A stretch of 64,000 nucleotides of DNA from Promethearchaeota archaeon. Its GTDB lineage: Archaea > Asgardarchaeota > Lokiarchaeia > Sigyniarchaeales > SOKP01. This document shows, in pieces, positions 20,800 to 31,075 of the stretch. Positions within the stretch are counted from its first letter, which is position 1; each line of letters opens with the position of its first letter. The position numbers and the translations under genes were made by a program. A model generated the notes under the pieces. It worked only from the letters and a program-made list of their open reading frames with translations. It was not told the origin of the DNA and did not search any database. The stretch is taken from the NCBI GenBank assembly GCA_048938005.1, contig JBHLMQ010000002.1, positions 32,001 through 96,000 of the forward strand. Direction: 5' to 3'.

Positions 20800-21034
20800 T
20801 TGTATGTTTAAGATAGTAGTGAAACCTATCTATTATTATATAATTAAGAATAATTAGTAATGGTATCATTACAAATCCAAGATTAAAAGAATTCTCTGAT
20901 CTTAATAATGGGATTGATAAACCAATTACAAATGCAAATAATAAGTTAATTGTTAGCATTAACCAGATATATATTTTCTTTTTGATCAATTGATTCATAA
21001 TAAAGAATTTTAAAACTCTAGTATAAGGGAACAA
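20765..21034 (-). CDS. small 2-TM membrane protein coupled to the archaeosortase gene
   Basis: Two hydrophobic helices; overlaps the 5' end of the sortase ORF. Confidence 0.55.
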   Translation of the reverse strand: MFPYTRVLKFFIMNQLIKKKIYIWLMLTINLLFAFVIGLSIPLLRSENSFNLGFVMIPLLIILNYIIIDRFHYYLKHTNEEEEKTDAKT

Positions 21035-21311
21035 ATCAACCTTTATTAAAAATTTTTATTAGGAAGGGTAAAGCTTAATTCTATTTAACTTTATTTTTTG
21101 TTTAATTTTAATAAATAGTTCAAAAAGACGAGATCTCACCTTTAAGTTAATTATTTTTAATAATTCCATCTCTATCATACTCCGTTTTAGCGAAAAAGCA
21201 GAAATTGAAGATTTTTTTGTATATTAAGTTGAAAAATTAGAATTAAATAGAATGCAAACTTAATAATTAAATGTTAAAATTTAGGAGTTAGAAAAATTTA
21301 GGAGTCCATTA

Positions 21312-21911
21312 ATGGTTCTTGATTTAACGCCAGAAGACGAATTTAGAAGCTTAACGTATTCTATCCAAAACATTGTTGTTAAAACGTCGTTAAATATTGG
21401 GGAAGATCTTGTTTTAAAAAATATTAATGTTAAATTAAGCAACACTGAATATAATCCAGAACATTTTCCAGGTCTTTTCATAAGATTCAAATATCCAAAA
21501 TGTGTAATCATCATTTTCAGAAATGGAAAAATAATTATAACAGGATTAAAATCATTTAATCAAATTAAATTAGCTTTAAAGCGATTGATTCTAAATCTTA
21601 ATGATATAATTAAGATTAAAATTGATAGAAATTCAATAGATCCGAAAATAGTGAATATTGTAATTACAGCTAACTACTATAAGAAAATTAATTTGGATTT
21701 AGCTGCTTTAAAATTGGACAATACTATTTATGAACCAGAGGTTTTTCCAGGTTTAATTTATCATTCATTTAATCCAGTAAAATCTGTTTTCTTGATATTT
21801 AGCACAGGTAAAATAGTTTTTACAGGTGTACGTGAGAAAAAAGTAATTGAACCAGCGCTAGTAAGTCTTGGACGATTATTGAATGATGAAAAACTGTTTA
21901 TGACATCATAA
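21312..21911 (+). CDS. tbp: TATA-box-binding protein
   Basis: Two repeats: NIV...YNPEHFPGL...IFRNGKIIITG and NIV...YEPEVFPGL...IFSTGKIVFTG. Confidence 0.95.
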   Translation: MVLDLTPEDEFRSLTYSIQNIVVKTSLNIGEDLVLKNINVKLSNTEYNPEHFPGLFIRFKYPKCVIIIFRNGKIIITGLKSFNQIKLALKRLILNLNDIIKIKIDRNSIDPKIVNIVITANYYKKINLDLAALKLDNTIYEPEVFPGLIYHSFNPVKSVFLIFSTGKIVFTGVREKKVIEPALVSLGRLLNDEKLFMTS

Positions 21912-22028
21912 AAAAGTAAAATATTTTTTTGAGAATAAAATAAAATTTTTTTTCTATATTGAATTCTTCTTTTCAAATAGATTTCACAATAATATATCTT
22001 CATGAATATATATTAAGTGAGTGTTTAA

Positions 22029-22742
22029 ATGGTAGATGAAGAAAAAGAAAATCAAACTTCAGAAGTAAAGGAAGATAAAAAAGAAGAAGATAGTGAAAAA
22101 GAAAAGCCTAAAGCAAAATTTACTTTTAAATGCACTAAATGTGATGAATGTTGTCTTTCACGTGGTCCAATTCCTATAACATTTTGGGATTTAGAGATGT
22201 GGGCAAGAAATGGAGTCGTGGCTAACTTTATGCCCTATTTAGACATATACAACAAGCCTGACGGTGGGATTGATTTAATATTAAAACCTTTACCACCACC
22301 CAAAAAAGAAGATGAAGAAAAAACAGAGACAAAGGATCCCTTTGCTACTGTCCCCATAGAAGAATTGCTTAGTGTTAAATGTCCTCTATATAATAAGGAT
22401 GATAAAAAGTGCTTAGTTTATGATAATCGTCCATTAAGCTGTCGTACATATCCACTTGAATTTGACGGAAAAAACTATATTGTTGTTGATGCTGATTGTC
22501 CAGGTGTTGGTGAAGAAGGAATGACTCCTGAAGAATTAAAAGAGATGCGAGAAACGGCAAAAATAATGCATTATGAATTAACTCGAATGAGAATTGCATT
22601 ACCAGTATTAAATCAAATGATTTCACAGAAAATTATGATGGATTTAATGCGGCAAAATATAGAAGCTATGAGTAAAATGAGCGATGAGGATAAAGCCAGA
22701 TTAGATGAAATCTTTAAAAAGAGCCGTGAAACTCCGGAGTAA
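22029..22742 (+). CDS. YkgJ-family cysteine-cluster protein
   Basis: FKCTKCDECC, CPLY...CLVYDNRPLSCRTYP, CPG. Confidence 0.85.
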   Translation: MVDEEKENQTSEVKEDKKEEDSEKEKPKAKFTFKCTKCDECCLSRGPIPITFWDLEMWARNGVVANFMPYLDIYNKPDGGIDLILKPLPPPKKEDEEKTETKDPFATVPIEELLSVKCPLYNKDDKKCLVYDNRPLSCRTYPLEFDGKNYIVVDADCPGVGEEGMTPEELKEMRETAKIMHYELTRMRIALPVLNQMISQKIMMDLMRQNIEAMSKMSDEDKARLDEIFKKSRETPE

Positions 22743-22755
22743 TTTGGTGATATCT

Positions 22756-23274
22756 ATGGAAGAATTGAATATAAAGAATTCCAAAATTAAATTGGTTCAA
22801 GGAGATATAACTGAATTAGATACAGATGTTATTGTAAACGCTGCGAATGCTCAACTAATTTTGGGAGGTGGTGTTGCTGGAGCAATTAGAAAAAAAGGTG
22901 GCCCAACAATTCAAGAAGAATGCAATAAAATAGGTGGTACTTATGTTGGAGGTGCTGTTATTACAAACGGAGGTAATCTGAAGGCAAGACATGTAATTCA
23001 TGCCGTTGGACCACGAATGGGTGAAGGGAATGAGGATGAAAAATTAAGAAATGCCACTCTTAACAGTCTTAAATTAATGGATGAGCACAAATTAAAAACA
23101 ATAGCATTTCCTGCTATATCAACAGGAATCTTTGGGTATCCAATCGACAGGTGTTCAGAAATCATGATTTCTACAGCGAAAGAATATTTAAGTGGTAACA
23201 CTCAAATTGCTGAGGTTATTTTCTGCCTTTATACTGCTTCAGATTTTGGCATCTTTTTTGAAAAGTTAAAATAA
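22756..23274 (+). CDS. macro domain protein (ADP-ribose binding/hydrolase)
   Basis: GDIT, IVNAAN, GGGVAGAI, VIHAVGP, FPAISTGIFGYP; ATG 22756 preceded by GGTGA. Confidence 0.92.
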   Translation: MEELNIKNSKIKLVQGDITELDTDVIVNAANAQLILGGGVAGAIRKKGGPTIQEECNKIGGTYVGGAVITNGGNLKARHVIHAVGPRMGEGNEDEKLRNATLNSLKLMDEHKLKTIAFPAISTGIFGYPIDRCSEIMISTAKEYLSGNTQIAEVIFCLYTASDFGIFFEKLK

Positions 23275-23385
23275 ACAATTTTTGACGTTACTTTTTTTAT
23301 TAACGTTTAATTTATAATTAGAAGAATATTAATAATTATTTGAGAAAATCTCATAATTACGATTGTTTATGGGTTTCTCTTTAAG

Positions 23386-26298
23386 ATGAGTGATTATAGA
23401 TATATTAAGTTCTTTGAAAACTTAAGAGTTAACGACGTACCTCTTGTAGGGGGAAAGAACGCTTCACTTGGAGAATTATTGAGTTTCGGAATAGCTGTTC
23501 CACTTGGTTTTGCTGTAACTTCAGCTGCTTTTGATTATGTTTTAGATACTAATTTTTATACTATAAAAGAGAAAGAGGTATCACTTCGAGAATTGATTGC
23601 GAGGGACATTAAGAAGATTTCTAATGAATTGAAATCAGAAGATATTAAGGCTGTAGAAAAAGTGGATAAAATATGTGCAAATATTCGTTATATAATTGAA
23701 CAATCAAAAATTCCTGATTCTCTTGCAGATGAAATCTTAGATGCATATAATAATTTGATTGAAAAGATTGGGGAAGAATCCACATTTGCCGTAAGAAGTT
23801 CTGCTACGGCAGAGGATTTGCCAGATGCGTCATTTGCAGGACAACAGGATACTCATTTAAATATTGTTGGAGAAAAACAAATATTAGAATATATTTTAAA
23901 GGATATGGCATCTGTTTTCACTACCAGAGCAACAATGTACCGTGAACGAGCAGGATTTGATCATTTCGCTGTAAAACTCTCAGTTGGAGTCCAAGAAATG
24001 GCTGGTGGTAAAGATGGGGTTAAAGCTTCAGGTGTGATGTTTACAGAGTGTCCAGATAGTGGTAATAGTAATGTTATTGTAATTAGAGGAACTTGGGGGC
24101 TCGGAGAATTAATTGTTCAGGGTGTTGAAAAAGGAGATGAATTTATTGTTTTTAAACATGATCCGAGGAAACTCCAAATTATTCGTCGTGAATTAGTAAG
24201 AAAAGAAAAAATGATGATTTTCGCTCAAAGTCCTGATAAACTTGGTACTGAAGTTATACTTGTTCCTGAAAATGAACAATTGCAATATTGTTTAACTGAT
24301 GAGGAGATTTTAATCCTAGCAGATTACGCACAAAAAATTAGAGAACATTATGGGCGAAGAATGGACATTGAATGGGCTGTTGGAAATAATGGAAAGGTTT
24401 ACATTGTCCAAGCTCGTCCTGAAACGGTACATAGTATTAAAGGGGATGTAGAGGAAATATTTTATCTACTTGAGGATCCCGAGAAATTAACTGAAGAAAA
24501 ATTATTAGTTGAAAATTCAGGTATCGCTATTGGGCGTAGAATTGGATTTGGGAAAGTTAAAGTTATAGAATCCATAAATAATGCGCATTTATTGAAGGAA
24601 GGGGATATACTTATCACCGAAGAAACTAATCCTGATTGGACATCTTATATGCAAAACTTAGGTGGTGTAATAACAGAGCGAGGTGGACCCACCTGTCACG
24701 CAGCTATTGTTTCAAGAGAACTGAATATAGCCTCAATTGTAGGCGCAGATAATATAGTGCAAATAATGAAAGAACAGCAACGTGAGGGGATTGAATATGT
24801 CACTATTGATTGCAGTGAGGGTGAACCAAGGATATGGTTAAAAGATGTTGAATATGATTTTGACACAATTGAATTTGCTAAACTCCCTCAAACAAAAACT
24901 AAAGTACTAGTGAATTTAGGAATACCTAAAGGAGCTCTATCTTCAGGAAAATATCCTGATGGAACAGGGTTAGCAAGATTAGAATTTATAATTAACGACG
25001 AGATACAAATTCATCCAAATGCATTAATTGATTTTGAAGCCTTAGTTATGAGATATGATATTTTACTCGATCAAAGAAAAAAAATTGAAAATATTAAAAA
25101 GAGTGATTTATATCACAAAGATCCTTTCAATAAAGAAATATTTCAATTAAAACAAACTTTGGATAAAATAAGAGAATTAACAGTTGGTTATGAAGATAAA
25201 GAAGAATTTTATGTGGATAAATTAGCAGAAGGAATTGCGACTATTGCGGCAGGTGTATGGAAAGTACTACCTGATGGGAGTATTGCTGAATGTGTTGTCA
25301 GACTTTCAGATTTCAAAACTAATGAATACGCAAATCTAATTGGTGGGTGGATTTATGAGGGTGAGGAAAATAATCCTATGCTTGGATTTCGAGGATGCTC
25401 CCGGTACGTACATGATGAATTTCAAAATGCATTTATATTAGAATTAAGAGCGATTAAAAAAGCCAGAGATTGGGGTTTAATAAATATTATACCTATGTTA
25501 CCATTTTGTAGAAGTCCTGAAGAAGCCCAAAAGATAATTAATATTATGGAGAGCGAAGGATTAATAAGAGGACAAGATGGATTAAAGGTATATGTCATGG
25601 CAGAAATACCATCAAATATAATTTGTGCAGATATATTTAGTCAATTTTTTGATGGATTTAGTATAGGTTCGAATGACCTGACACAGCTTACGTATGGAGT
25701 AGGACGAGACAACGAAAAAATGATTCCCTTAATGAACTATTACAATTATAATACAAATAGTGAAGCAATAAGGAGATCAATTAGTCATTTAATAAAAACC
25801 GCTCACAATTATGAGAGAAAAGTAGGGATTTGCGGACAAGCCCCTAGTGATGATCCCGAATTTCTTAGGTTTTTAGTACGAGAAGGGATCGATTCACTTT
25901 CTTTAAATTTTGATACTTTTGCTAGAGGAAGAATAAATACATGGAGAACAGAAATAATTGAAGCAAAACTAGACGATGACAACAAAGCTGAATCTTATAA
26001 CTTTCTAAATGACTGTGATAGTTTAATTGAAAAAATTCGAATCCCTCGTGGTAAACTTCGAAACATGATACGAAAGCAGGGTAAAAAACTAAATCAAAAA
26101 CTATTGGCATCCACTGAACAATTTGATCAAATATTTAGTGCTATCCAACAAATCTCTTATGATTTTGTAAAAGAAATTGATGGTGGGGAAATTAAGAAAT
26201 TCCACAATTTTTTTAATAATTATCAAAACCACATAAAGGAATTTGGAGAAAACATTCCCAGGTTAAAACGAGAAATTCGTGAATTTGGTATTTACTAA
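23386..26298 (+). CDS. ppsA: phosphoenolpyruvate synthase (pyruvate, water dikinase)
   Basis: VGGKNASLGE, AVRSSATAEDLPDASFAGQQ, DIEWA, QARPETV, TCHAAIVSRE, SIGSNDLTQ, GICGQAPSD. Confidence 0.95.
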   Translation: MSDYRYIKFFENLRVNDVPLVGGKNASLGELLSFGIAVPLGFAVTSAAFDYVLDTNFYTIKEKEVSLRELIARDIKKISNELKSEDIKAVEKVDKICANIRYIIEQSKIPDSLADEILDAYNNLIEKIGEESTFAVRSSATAEDLPDASFAGQQDTHLNIVGEKQILEYILKDMASVFTTRATMYRERAGFDHFAVKLSVGVQEMAGGKDGVKASGVMFTECPDSGNSNVIVIRGTWGLGELIVQGVEKGDEFIVFKHDPRKLQIIRRELVRKEKMMIFAQSPDKLGTEVILVPENEQLQYCLTDEEILILADYAQKIREHYGRRMDIEWAVGNNGKVYIVQARPETVHSIKGDVEEIFYLLEDPEKLTEEKLLVENSGIAIGRRIGFGKVKVIESINNAHLLKEGDILITEETNPDWTSYMQNLGGVITERGGPTCHAAIVSRELNIASIVGADNIVQIMKEQQREGIEYVTIDCSEGEPRIWLKDVEYDFDTIEFAKLPQTKTKVLVNLGIPKGALSSGKYPDGTGLARLEFIINDEIQIHPNALIDFEALVMRYDILLDQRKKIENIKKSDLYHKDPFNKEIFQLKQTLDKIRELTVGYEDKEEFYVDKLAEGIATIAAGVWKVLPDGSIAECVVRLSDFKTNEYANLIGGWIYEGEENNPMLGFRGCSRYVHDEFQNAFILELRAIKKARDWGLINIIPMLPFCRSPEEAQKIINIMESEGLIRGQDGLKVYVMAEIPSNIICADIFSQFFDGFSIGSNDLTQLTYGVGRDNEKMIPLMNYYNYNTNSEAIRRSISHLIKTAHNYERKVGICGQAPSDDPEFLRFLVREGIDSLSLNFDTFARGRINTWRTEIIEAKLDDDNKAESYNFLNDCDSLIEKIRIPRGKLRNMIRKQGKKLNQKLLASTEQFDQIFSAIQQISYDFVKEIDGGEIKKFHNFFNNYQNHIKEFGENIPRLKREIREFGIY

Positions 26299-26378
26299 AA
26301 CTTCTTTCAAAATCAAAAAAATTATATTTCAAAAAAAATTTCTCTTTTTAAACTTCTTACCTAATAATAACACTTTTT

Positions 26379-26669
26379 TTGGTGATTTTTTCAATGCCAC
26401 GAGCATTAAAAAACGAAGAAAAAGAAGCCTTTGAAAATGTTGAACAACTTTTAAATGATATGATAAATGACCGTAGCGTGCCGCGAAATATAAAAAGAAT
26501 TGCTCAAAGAAGTATTAACCAATTACATAGAGAAGATGAAACCCCAGGCGTAATAGCCAGTAACGTAATGTATATGGTTGATGATCTGGCTCAAGATGCT
26601 AACATTCCTTTTCATGCGCGTACAACGGTATATAGAATTATTTCTATTTTGGAGAAGGTTAAAGATTAA
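26379..26669 (+). CDS. UPF0147 family protein
   Basis: DRSVPRNIKR...D.NIPFHARTTVY; likely start ATG 26394. Confidence 0.85.
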   Translation: MVIFSMPRALKNEEKEAFENVEQLLNDMINDRSVPRNIKRIAQRSINQLHREDETPGVIASNVMYMVDDLAQDANIPFHARTTVYRIISILEKVKD

Positions 26670-26770
26670 TTTTATTTTAAAAAGATTTTTATACATTTAC
26701 TTTTGTTTCCTTGATAAATGAAAATTATTATCAAAGTTGGTTTATTCTATTAGATCGATTTTTCCTTAAA

Positions 26771-26844
26771 GGGAAGGTAGTCTAGCTTGGTATGATTCTT
26801 GGTCCGGGGCCAAGGGGTCGGGGGTTCAAATCCCTCCTTTCCCA
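26771..26844 (+). tRNA. tRNA-Pro(CGG), intronless, CCA not encoded
   Basis: Acceptor GGGAAGG/CTTTCCC+A, D-loop AGCTTGGT, anticodon stem CTTGG/CCAAG with loop TC-CGG-GG, T arm GGGGG-TTCAAAT-CCCTC. Confidence 0.9.
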
Positions 26845-26942
26845 TTAAACCTATTATTTATTAAACTAAAAGATCATATAATTAATTAATAACAAATTCT
26901 TTATCCAATGAAAAAAAGAATAAAATGTGGTGAATATTAAAT

Positions 26943-27647
26943 TTGTCCTTGGATATAAATGGTTGGATTGATGGAATCACTGCCTCAGGTGTAGTGATAT
27001 TTGGTATAATATTTGGTTTATTTTTTATTTATAGGGGAAAGAAAACCAATGCTAATTTGCTAATATATTTAGGTTTGGCTAATATGCTTGCTGGTCTTAT
27101 GTTCTTAGGTGTATTTATAGATTTCCTGTCTGTCATTATAATACAACAAAATATCCCAAATAATGGTATTGTCGCTATTCTATCTTATATTTGGTTTGCT
27201 CCAGTAATAATGACTGCAATGTATATAGGTGCAGAATTATTAATTCCTAAAATAAAAATACATATTATAATCCTTATCGAAATTGTTTCAATAATCTTTG
27301 AAATCGTTATATTCATAAATCCATTAGGTTCTTTTAATTTTATCCCTGATCCGCCAACGCCTCCTCCTGTAAACTTGATTGATTATAATGTTAATTTAAT
27401 AACATTAGCTGGAATGCTTATGGGTGGTATGTTATTAACAGTTCTAATCTTTTTAGGATTTGGATTTTTATATAAAGGTTTTAAATCTTCAGGAATTATA
27501 CGTAAAAATTTCTTATTATTATCTGTTGGCTCATTGTGTTTCTGCGTTTTTGGATTATTAGAAGGTTTGACTGTGCCAGGATATTTAGTGATTTTGGTAA
27601 GAATTGGATACTTAAGTAGCTTCTGGTTCATGTATTTTGGACTATAA
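26943..27647 (+). CDS. approximately 7-TM membrane protein; paralog of the membrane part of 31076..32128
   Basis: Hydrophobic helices; shared GW..., FxYxGxKT..LLxYxGLA, YxGA, DxN and YFGL motifs. Confidence 0.75.
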   Translation: MSLDINGWIDGITASGVVIFGIIFGLFFIYRGKKTNANLLIYLGLANMLAGLMFLGVFIDFLSVIIIQQNIPNNGIVAILSYIWFAPVIMTAMYIGAELLIPKIKIHIIILIEIVSIIFEIVIFINPLGSFNFIPDPPTPPPVNLIDYNVNLITLAGMLMGGMLLTVLIFLGFGFLYKGFKSSGIIRKNFLLLSVGSLCFCVFGLLEGLTVPGYLVILVRIGYLSSFWFMYFGL

Positions 27648-27770
27648 GAATAGATTTTGAAATCTTTTTTTTTTCCCTACGATTATTATTTATATAAAAA
27701 GATTTTATTATTAGTTAAAAGCGATATATTACGGTTTATTAAAGTAGAATTACTTCATTAAAAAGAATTT

Positions 27771-28823
27771 TTGGTAATCATGAAGCGGGAAATAATTACA
27801 GGGATTGTATACATTGAAATGAATGATGAGATCGGTCCAAATCCAGTTGCGTGGCTTCCCACTAAATTTACACAAATGGATCTAATCCACATAAGCATTA
27901 AAGCATTAACTATTCTCTCTGGAGAAAAAGGGCTCATCCCAGAATCTTTAGTTATACTCCCATTTCCTTCGATGAATTTAAAGGGTTTAATTAAATATAT
28001 TAAATGGGATGATCCATCAAGGCGAGGAAGTATCGGTCAATCTGCCATCGTATTACTATTCCCAGAGATGGATGATGTAATTTTCTATAAATATATTGAT
28101 GAATTATCTATTCCTTTCAATAATCTCTCTCCAGAAATAATAAATTTAGAAAAAACTGAAGGGTCTAGAGAAGATTTTATTAAGGTATTAGAACATCTTG
28201 AGTTTAATACAACCGCTCTTCTGGAAGAATTAAAACTTCAAGAAATCGCTAAACAAGAGAGTGAAGAATTCCCTGTACAGAAAATTAAAGATCGAAGCCT
28301 GATAGATTATCAATTTAAAGTAATTATAGTTGGAGACCCTAATGTTGGAAAGACGTCATTAATACTTAGATATACTGATAATGCGTTTAGGAGAAATTAT
28401 GTGCCCACATTAGGAGTAATGGTTAGTGACAAGATTTTCAAAATCGAAGATTTTGTGGTGCAATTAACACTTTGGGATATTGGTGGCCAGCAGAAATTTC
28501 AGACTATGAGGCAGCAATTTTATCGCGGTTCTGATGCAGTCTTCCTTGTATTTGATTTAACGAGGCCAGAATCGTTCAATAATATTCCCAAATGGTATGC
28601 TGATGTTCTCGATCAATTAAAAGATCGATCTGAGGAATTAATAGGTTTTATCATTGGGAATAAAAACGATTTAGGAGATCAGAGAAAAATAACCGACGAA
28701 ATGGCAAATCAGTTAGCAAGTCAATTAGAACTAGAATTTATCGATACATCGGCACTATTAGGAGGGAACGTAGATTATGCTTTTTCTAAAATAGCTAAAT
28801 ATTTATTGAAATCACGTATGTAA
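27771..28823 (+). CDS. longin (uDENN)-like domain fused to a Rab-like GTPase
   Basis: EMNDEIGPNP, ILPFP, DPSRRG; GDPNVGKT, YVPTLG, WDIGGQ, FYRG, NKND, TSAL. Confidence 0.88.
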   Translation: MVIMKREIITGIVYIEMNDEIGPNPVAWLPTKFTQMDLIHISIKALTILSGEKGLIPESLVILPFPSMNLKGLIKYIKWDDPSRRGSIGQSAIVLLFPEMDDVIFYKYIDELSIPFNNLSPEIINLEKTEGSREDFIKVLEHLEFNTTALLEELKLQEIAKQESEEFPVQKIKDRSLIDYQFKVIIVGDPNVGKTSLILRYTDNAFRRNYVPTLGVMVSDKIFKIEDFVVQLTLWDIGGQQKFQTMRQQFYRGSDAVFLVFDLTRPESFNNIPKWYADVLDQLKDRSEELIGFIIGNKNDLGDQRKITDEMANQLASQLELEFIDTSALLGGNVDYAFSKIAKYLLKSRM

Positions 28824-29189
28824 TTACAGTACAAAAATTCATTGAAATTGAGTTTTATTTAATTTTGGTATCAGCTTTATACTAATTTTATAACACCATA
28901 GAAATGTCTAAATATTACTCTAATATGTATGTTATTTCGTAAAAGTTCGGTTTCACGAATTATTGGATTAGATATTATACTTTCATCTTAAAAAGAAAGA
29001 TTTTTCTTGCATTTTAATTAGATAAGTTCCTTATTCCTTTTCTTTTTGCACCATAAAGCTAAATCTAGTATTGATTAAGGGTATTATTTTGACAAATAAA
29101 TAATCAAGCAACTTACAATATACGACGAAAATTAGTAAAAACAATACTCTGTATTAATTTAAATATAAATATCACAATATAACTTTACT

Positions 29190-29687
29190 ATGAAAGATGA
29201 GAGTATAGAAACTTTTAATACATCTATTATAAAAATAGATGGTAGCAATAATTTTAAAAAATGTTCTAAATGTAAGCAAACTTATCCTGCTATTCCTGAA
29301 TTTTTCTATAAGCATAGTAATAGAAAAGATGGTCTTGATCCATGGTGTAAAGAGTGTAAGAAAGAATATGATAAAACATATCATAAATTTAAGAAGTTCA
29401 ATATCTCATTAAAACAGTATAAGAAAATGTTTATAGAGCAAGACAGTCGGTGTCTTATATGTGGAAGATATTTCGATGATATTTATAGAAATCTGAAACA
29501 AAATCATGTGTATTATACACCCAGAATTGATCACGACCACAAATCAGGAAAAGTAAGAGGTATTTTATGTCACCATTGTAATACTGCTTTAGGAAGTTTT
29601 AATGAAAATCCTTTCATTTTAGTTAGGGCATTAAAATATTTAAAAGAGAACAAAAAGAAGAAATCCGATTTTAAACTTAAATTTTAA
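29190..29687 (+). CDS. endonuclease VII-type (beta-beta-alpha-Me) nuclease with N-terminal Zn-binding domain
   Basis: KKCSKC...WCKEC; QDSRCLIC; IDHDHKSGKVRGILCHHCNTALG. Confidence 0.85.
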   Translation: MKDESIETFNTSIIKIDGSNNFKKCSKCKQTYPAIPEFFYKHSNRKDGLDPWCKECKKEYDKTYHKFKKFNISLKQYKKMFIEQDSRCLICGRYFDDIYRNLKQNHVYYTPRIDHDHKSGKVRGILCHHCNTALGSFNENPFILVRALKYLKENKKKKSDFKLKF

Positions 29688-29870
29688 TATTTTTGAATTA
29701 TTTGGTAAAGAAACAAGTATTTTTTATAATATTTGAGGATATAGATTTTATACTAAATTTGAGTTTCATGAATTTCTATTTATAAGTATGAAAACCATCA
29801 TATTTACAAATTTTTGTTAATTTTAAATTTATAATTAAATCAAGATAATAAAGGTAGGTTTGAATAAAGA

Positions 29871-30446
29871 ATGAATTTAGAAGATATTATTTATAAAAGA
29901 AGAACAATCAGAAGATTCAAACAAGATCCTATCTCATTAGATATCTTAAAAAAGTTAATTGATTTTGCCCGTTTAGCTCCTACGGCTATCAATATTCAAA
30001 GTTTAGAATTTATAATAGTTGAGAATGCTGATATACGAGAAAAACTTTTCCATTTAGTAAATTTTGCATCTTTACTTCCACAAGATCAAAGAACTCCTGA
30101 AAAAGGAAGAGAACCTACCGCTTACATAATTGTACTTGTAAATACAAAAATTAGAATTGTACTTGTTGATTTTAATGTTGGTGCTGCTGTTGAAAATATT
30201 TTGCTTGGAGCCGTTAATTTTGGGATAGGGAGTTGCTGGATGGCTAATATCAATAGAAATAAAATTCGAGAATTATTTGAAATTCCGGAATATTACGACA
30301 TAAAACATGTTATTAGCTTAGGGTATCCAGATGAAGAATCTGTCGTGGAGCCCTATCAAGACTCTTTTAAATATTGGAAAGACGATGATGGGCGTATGCA
30401 CATACCAAAAAGAGCTTTGGATGATATTATATTTAAAATATATTAA
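29871..30446 (+). CDS. nitroreductase family protein
   Basis: RRTIRRF, APTAINIQ, GIGSCW, LGYP, PKR. Confidence 0.9.
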   Translation: MNLEDIIYKRRTIRRFKQDPISLDILKKLIDFARLAPTAINIQSLEFIIVENADIREKLFHLVNFASLLPQDQRTPEKGREPTAYIIVLVNTKIRIVLVDFNVGAAVENILLGAVNFGIGSCWMANINRNKIRELFEIPEYYDIKHVISLGYPDEESVVEPYQDSFKYWKDDDGRMHIPKRALDDIIFKIY

Positions 30447-30653
30447 GATTAAGTAAATAAATAGAACGATCCATGTTTTTGTTTACGCAATACCCAATAT
30501 TTTTAGGGTTATGATTATATGATAAAAAAATTTTTTATTTAAACTTTTTTTCATTCTTTAAACTACCTTTAATTAATTATACATAATATTAATTAATTCT
30601 TTAAACTCTATATTAATTAAAAACAAAATAAAAACAAATGGAGGAAACTAATA

Positions 30654-30884
30654 ATGACCGCAAGTGAACAGAAAATAATTCCCATTTTAAAAGAATTCCC
30701 TAAATACGAGATTTTAGATAAAATAGAAAAAGAATTGAAAAAAGAGGTAAAATTAGTTACTACAGTAGAGCGTGTTTTTGACCCTATTCAAAAACGAAGA
30801 GATGAAAAAAAGTGGAAGCAAACTTTGGGATATTATCTTCTACATCCAGAAAAATTTAAGTTTGGATTAAGAGATTTAAAATAA
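30654..30884 (+). CDS. small hypothetical protein
   Basis: ATG with upstream GGAGG; followed by a T-tract. Confidence 0.6.
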   Translation: MTASEQKIIPILKEFPKYEILDKIEKELKKEVKLVTTVERVFDPIQKRRDEKKWKQTLGYYLLHPEKFKFGLRDLK

Positions 30885-30895
30885 TAAAATTTGTA

Positions 30896-30916
30896 TTTTT
30901 TTTTTCTTTTTTTTTT
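30896..30916 (+). terminator. oligo-T tract, putative archaeal terminator
   Basis: T10-C-T10 just downstream of the stop at 30884. Confidence 0.45.
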
Positions 30917-31075
30917 AAAATTCGTAAGTTAACTAAAATCTAGTTAAATTTAATATTGAAGCTCTTAATAAAATATTTATATAATACCATCTAATAACTA
31001 ACTTGATTGAATTCAATTATATGAATATTATTCAATAAAAATTAAAATTTGATATTTATTTGGGTGAAATTGTAA

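Noticed and set aside
26771-29870. Provirus or island integrated at tRNA-Pro
   Set aside because: No integrase, no duplicated tRNA 3' end noticed, and the neighbours are typical host genes.
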